This document shows, one piece after another, positions 62,578 through 64,000 of a stretch of DNA of 64,000 bases (position 1 is the stretch's first letter; the number at the start of each line of letters is the position of its first letter). The notes beneath the pieces were generated by a model. It made no database searches. It was not told where the DNA came from and saw only the letters and a program-made list of their open reading frames with translations. The DNA comes from Dehalococcoidia bacterium (GTDB lineage: Bacteria > Chloroflexota > Dehalococcoidia > Lucifugimonadales > UBA3495), in assembly GCA_965203835.1 (NCBI GenBank), contig OZ241919.1, positions 2,359,101-2,423,100 of the forward strand, written 5' to 3'. Both the position numbers and the translations under genes were made by a program.

Positions 62578-63001
62578 ATGGACGCCCACGGCTTTTCGCA
62601 GAACCAGGTGGCCCGGCTGGCGGGCATCAGCACCGGCCATCTCTCCCTGATCATGAACGGCCAGCGCACTCCCTCGGGGGACGTGCTGCGCCGGCTGCAC
62701 CAGGTCCTGTTCGCGCCCACGGCAAGCGGAACTGGTGGTCCCGGTGGAGTTAAAGGTCATGGGCTGGAAGAAGGACGACCGCCAGGGTGTGGTGGTCAAG
62801 GGCGCCGGCGGGCCGGGGCCTGGCGGCAACCATCCGGGCGGCGGCACGGTGCGCATCGGCGGGCGGGTGCCCTGGGGCGCCCAGGTGGAATATGCCTACA
62901 CGAGCGGCTACGACAGCCGGGGCCGGCTGTCGGTAAACCACATCGTTGACGAGCGGGGCTACGGCGTGATGCTGAACAAGCCGAAGCCGGAGGGCGATTA
63001 G
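62578..63001 (+). pseudogene. XRE-like HTH module whose plausible C-terminal domain continues in the +1 frame (frameshifted gene, two overlapping genes, or assembly indel)
   Basis: Frame 1 reads MDAHGFSQNQVARLAGISTGHLSLIMNGQRTPSGDVLRRLHQVLF and then becomes junk-like. The frame of ORF 62735..63001 gives the protein-like VELKVMGWKKDDRQGVVVKG...VEYAYTSGYDSRGRLSVNHIVDERGYGVML. Confidence 0.35.
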
Positions 63002-63187
63002 GGCAGCGGAGCCACTCCGACAGTCCGTCATCTACCGGATGCCGGAGGGATGGCCCGTGGCCGGGGCGGTCAGTGGGAACGACGGCCGCCTCGCCCTCTT
63101 CACTCCCTTGAACGGAGCGGACGGCGGCCGAAACTGGCGGGAGACCACCTGGTAGAGAGCGTCCGCCCCCTGCACCGAAGGCGCCGG

Positions 63188-64000
63188 TTACGTTTGGCTA
63201 CCGTCCGCCAGGCCGATGCGCACCGCCCATCCCACCAGCTGCTGCCTGCTCCTGAACCCCAGGTTCCGCTGTATGCCCGACACCGCGTTGCTCACCGTCT
63301 GGGCGCTGATGTTGAGTTTCTTCCCGATCTCTTGGTAGCTCGACCCCTGGGCGTACAGTTTCAGGATCTCCTCCTCCCTTTCCGTCAGGGCCTTCAACGG
63401 CTCCGGGATATCTTCGGACAGGCCGATGCGCCCGGCCCATACCGCCAGTTCCTGCCTGTTCCTGACCCCCAGCTTCCTCTGTATCTTGGCCATGGCGTTG
63501 AGCACCGTCAGAGCCTTGATGTTGCGTTTCTCCCCGATCTCGTGGTGGGTCAGCCCTCCAGCGAACAGCTTCAGGATCTCCCTCTCCCATTGCGTCAGGG
63601 CCTTCAAAGGCTCCGGGACATCTTCGGACAGGCCGCTGCGCACCGCTTGGGTCAACCCCCTGGCCGCGCTGCCCGGGATGCGGAACTCCCCTTCGGCCAC
63701 CTCTCGCAGGGCGGCGAGCAACTCCTCCTTGCCCGAATGCTTCTGCAGGTACCCGGTGGCCCCGGCGGCGATGGACCGGACCACGGCCTCCTGCTCGTTG
63801 GAGGCGGTCAGCATCAGCACCCTGGTGTCGGGCAGCCGGTCCGTGATCTCCCTACAGGCCCCGATGCCGTCCATCACCGGCATGACCAGGTCCATGACGA
63901 TCACGTGCGGGGCGATTTCCTCCACCATCTTCACCGCCTCCGCCCCGTCCGCCGCCTGGGCGACCACCTGAAATTCCCCGGTGTTCTCCAGGGCGTCCCG
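63188..64000 (-). CDS. NarL/FixJ-type response regulator with two tandem LuxR-type HTH domains; 5' end beyond window
   Basis: REC domain (VIVMDLVMPVMDG, VLMLTAS) followed by two 70-aa repeats, GLSED(V/I)PEPLKALT...EILKL...EIG.K.NI...TV.N......Q.LG.R.RQ.L..WA.RI. The ORF stays open to the window edge (RDALENTGEFQVVAQAADG). Confidence 0.85.
   Translation of the reverse strand, partial: RDALENTGEFQVVAQAADGAEAVKMVEEIAPHVIVMDLVMPVMDGIGACREITDRLPDTRVLMLTASNEQEAVVRSIAAGATGYLQKHSGKEELLAALREVAEGEFRIPGSAARGLTQAVRSGLSEDVPEPLKALTQWEREILKLFAGGLTHHEIGEKRNIKALTVLNAMAKIQRKLGVRNRQELAVWAGRIGLSEDIPEPLKALTEREEEILKLYAQGSSYQEIGKKLNISAQTVSNAVSGIQRNLGFRSRQQLVGWAVRIGLADGSQT

Larger units (their letters stand above)
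45623..63001. mobile_element. Integrative conjugative element (minimum extent; right boundary not identified in window)
   Basis: The left end abuts and overlaps the tRNA-Ile 3' end, with a visible GC-content increase at that point. It carries a serine recombinase, RHH/HTH regulators, a Replic_Relax-like protein, T4CP, VirB4, PrgI-, VirB2- and VirB6-like genes, and repeat-rich non-coding DNA. Confidence 0.7.

Overview
High-GC bacterial chromosome segment. Gene content looks Chloroflexota-like (EF-G2-type paralog, GuaB3-type IMPDH relative, DipZ-like lipoprotein, unlinked 5S rRNA and tRNA-Ile), but this taxonomic guess is inference only. Positions 1-45.5 kb are mostly core or metabolic genes. 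They include a partial S9 peptidase, EthD-like barrel proteins, an NTase-HEPN fusion, three xanthine-dehydrogenase-family loci, two Uma2 endonuclease paralogs, RidA, an EF-G paralog, RtcB, DnaE, an alpha/beta hydrolase, Ogt, a MoxR-DUF58-transglutaminase operon, two thioredoxin-fold lipoproteins, dienelactone hydrolase, a GuaB3-like protein, a stand-alone 5S rRNA, ClpC, RadA, MoaE/MoaD and a stand-alone tRNA-Ile(GAU). From about 45.6 kb to at least 63 kb the sequence becomes visibly more GC-rich and encodes an integrated conjugative element. This element carries a large serine recombinase whose 3' end overlaps the tRNA-Ile 3' end, RHH and HTH regulators, a winged-helix/Replic_Relax-like protein, a coupling ATPase, VirB4, PrgI/VirB3-like, VirB2-like and VirB6-like proteins, and about 2 kb of repeat-dense non-coding DNA. 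The most interesting items are: (1) a divergent tubulin/FtsZ-superfamily GTPase paired with a ZipA-architecture membrane protein at 32.2-34.6 kb; (2) the tRNA-adjacent element with no canonical relaxase and unusual repeat, operator and terminator architecture; (3) a UGSC-motif selenoprotein that the ORF track splits at an in-frame TGA, with an fdhF-like SECIS loop. No CRISPR array or cas genes were seen. Start codons were refined by hand where an RBS or domain boundary supported it. All family assignments rest on motif recognition by eye, not database searches.
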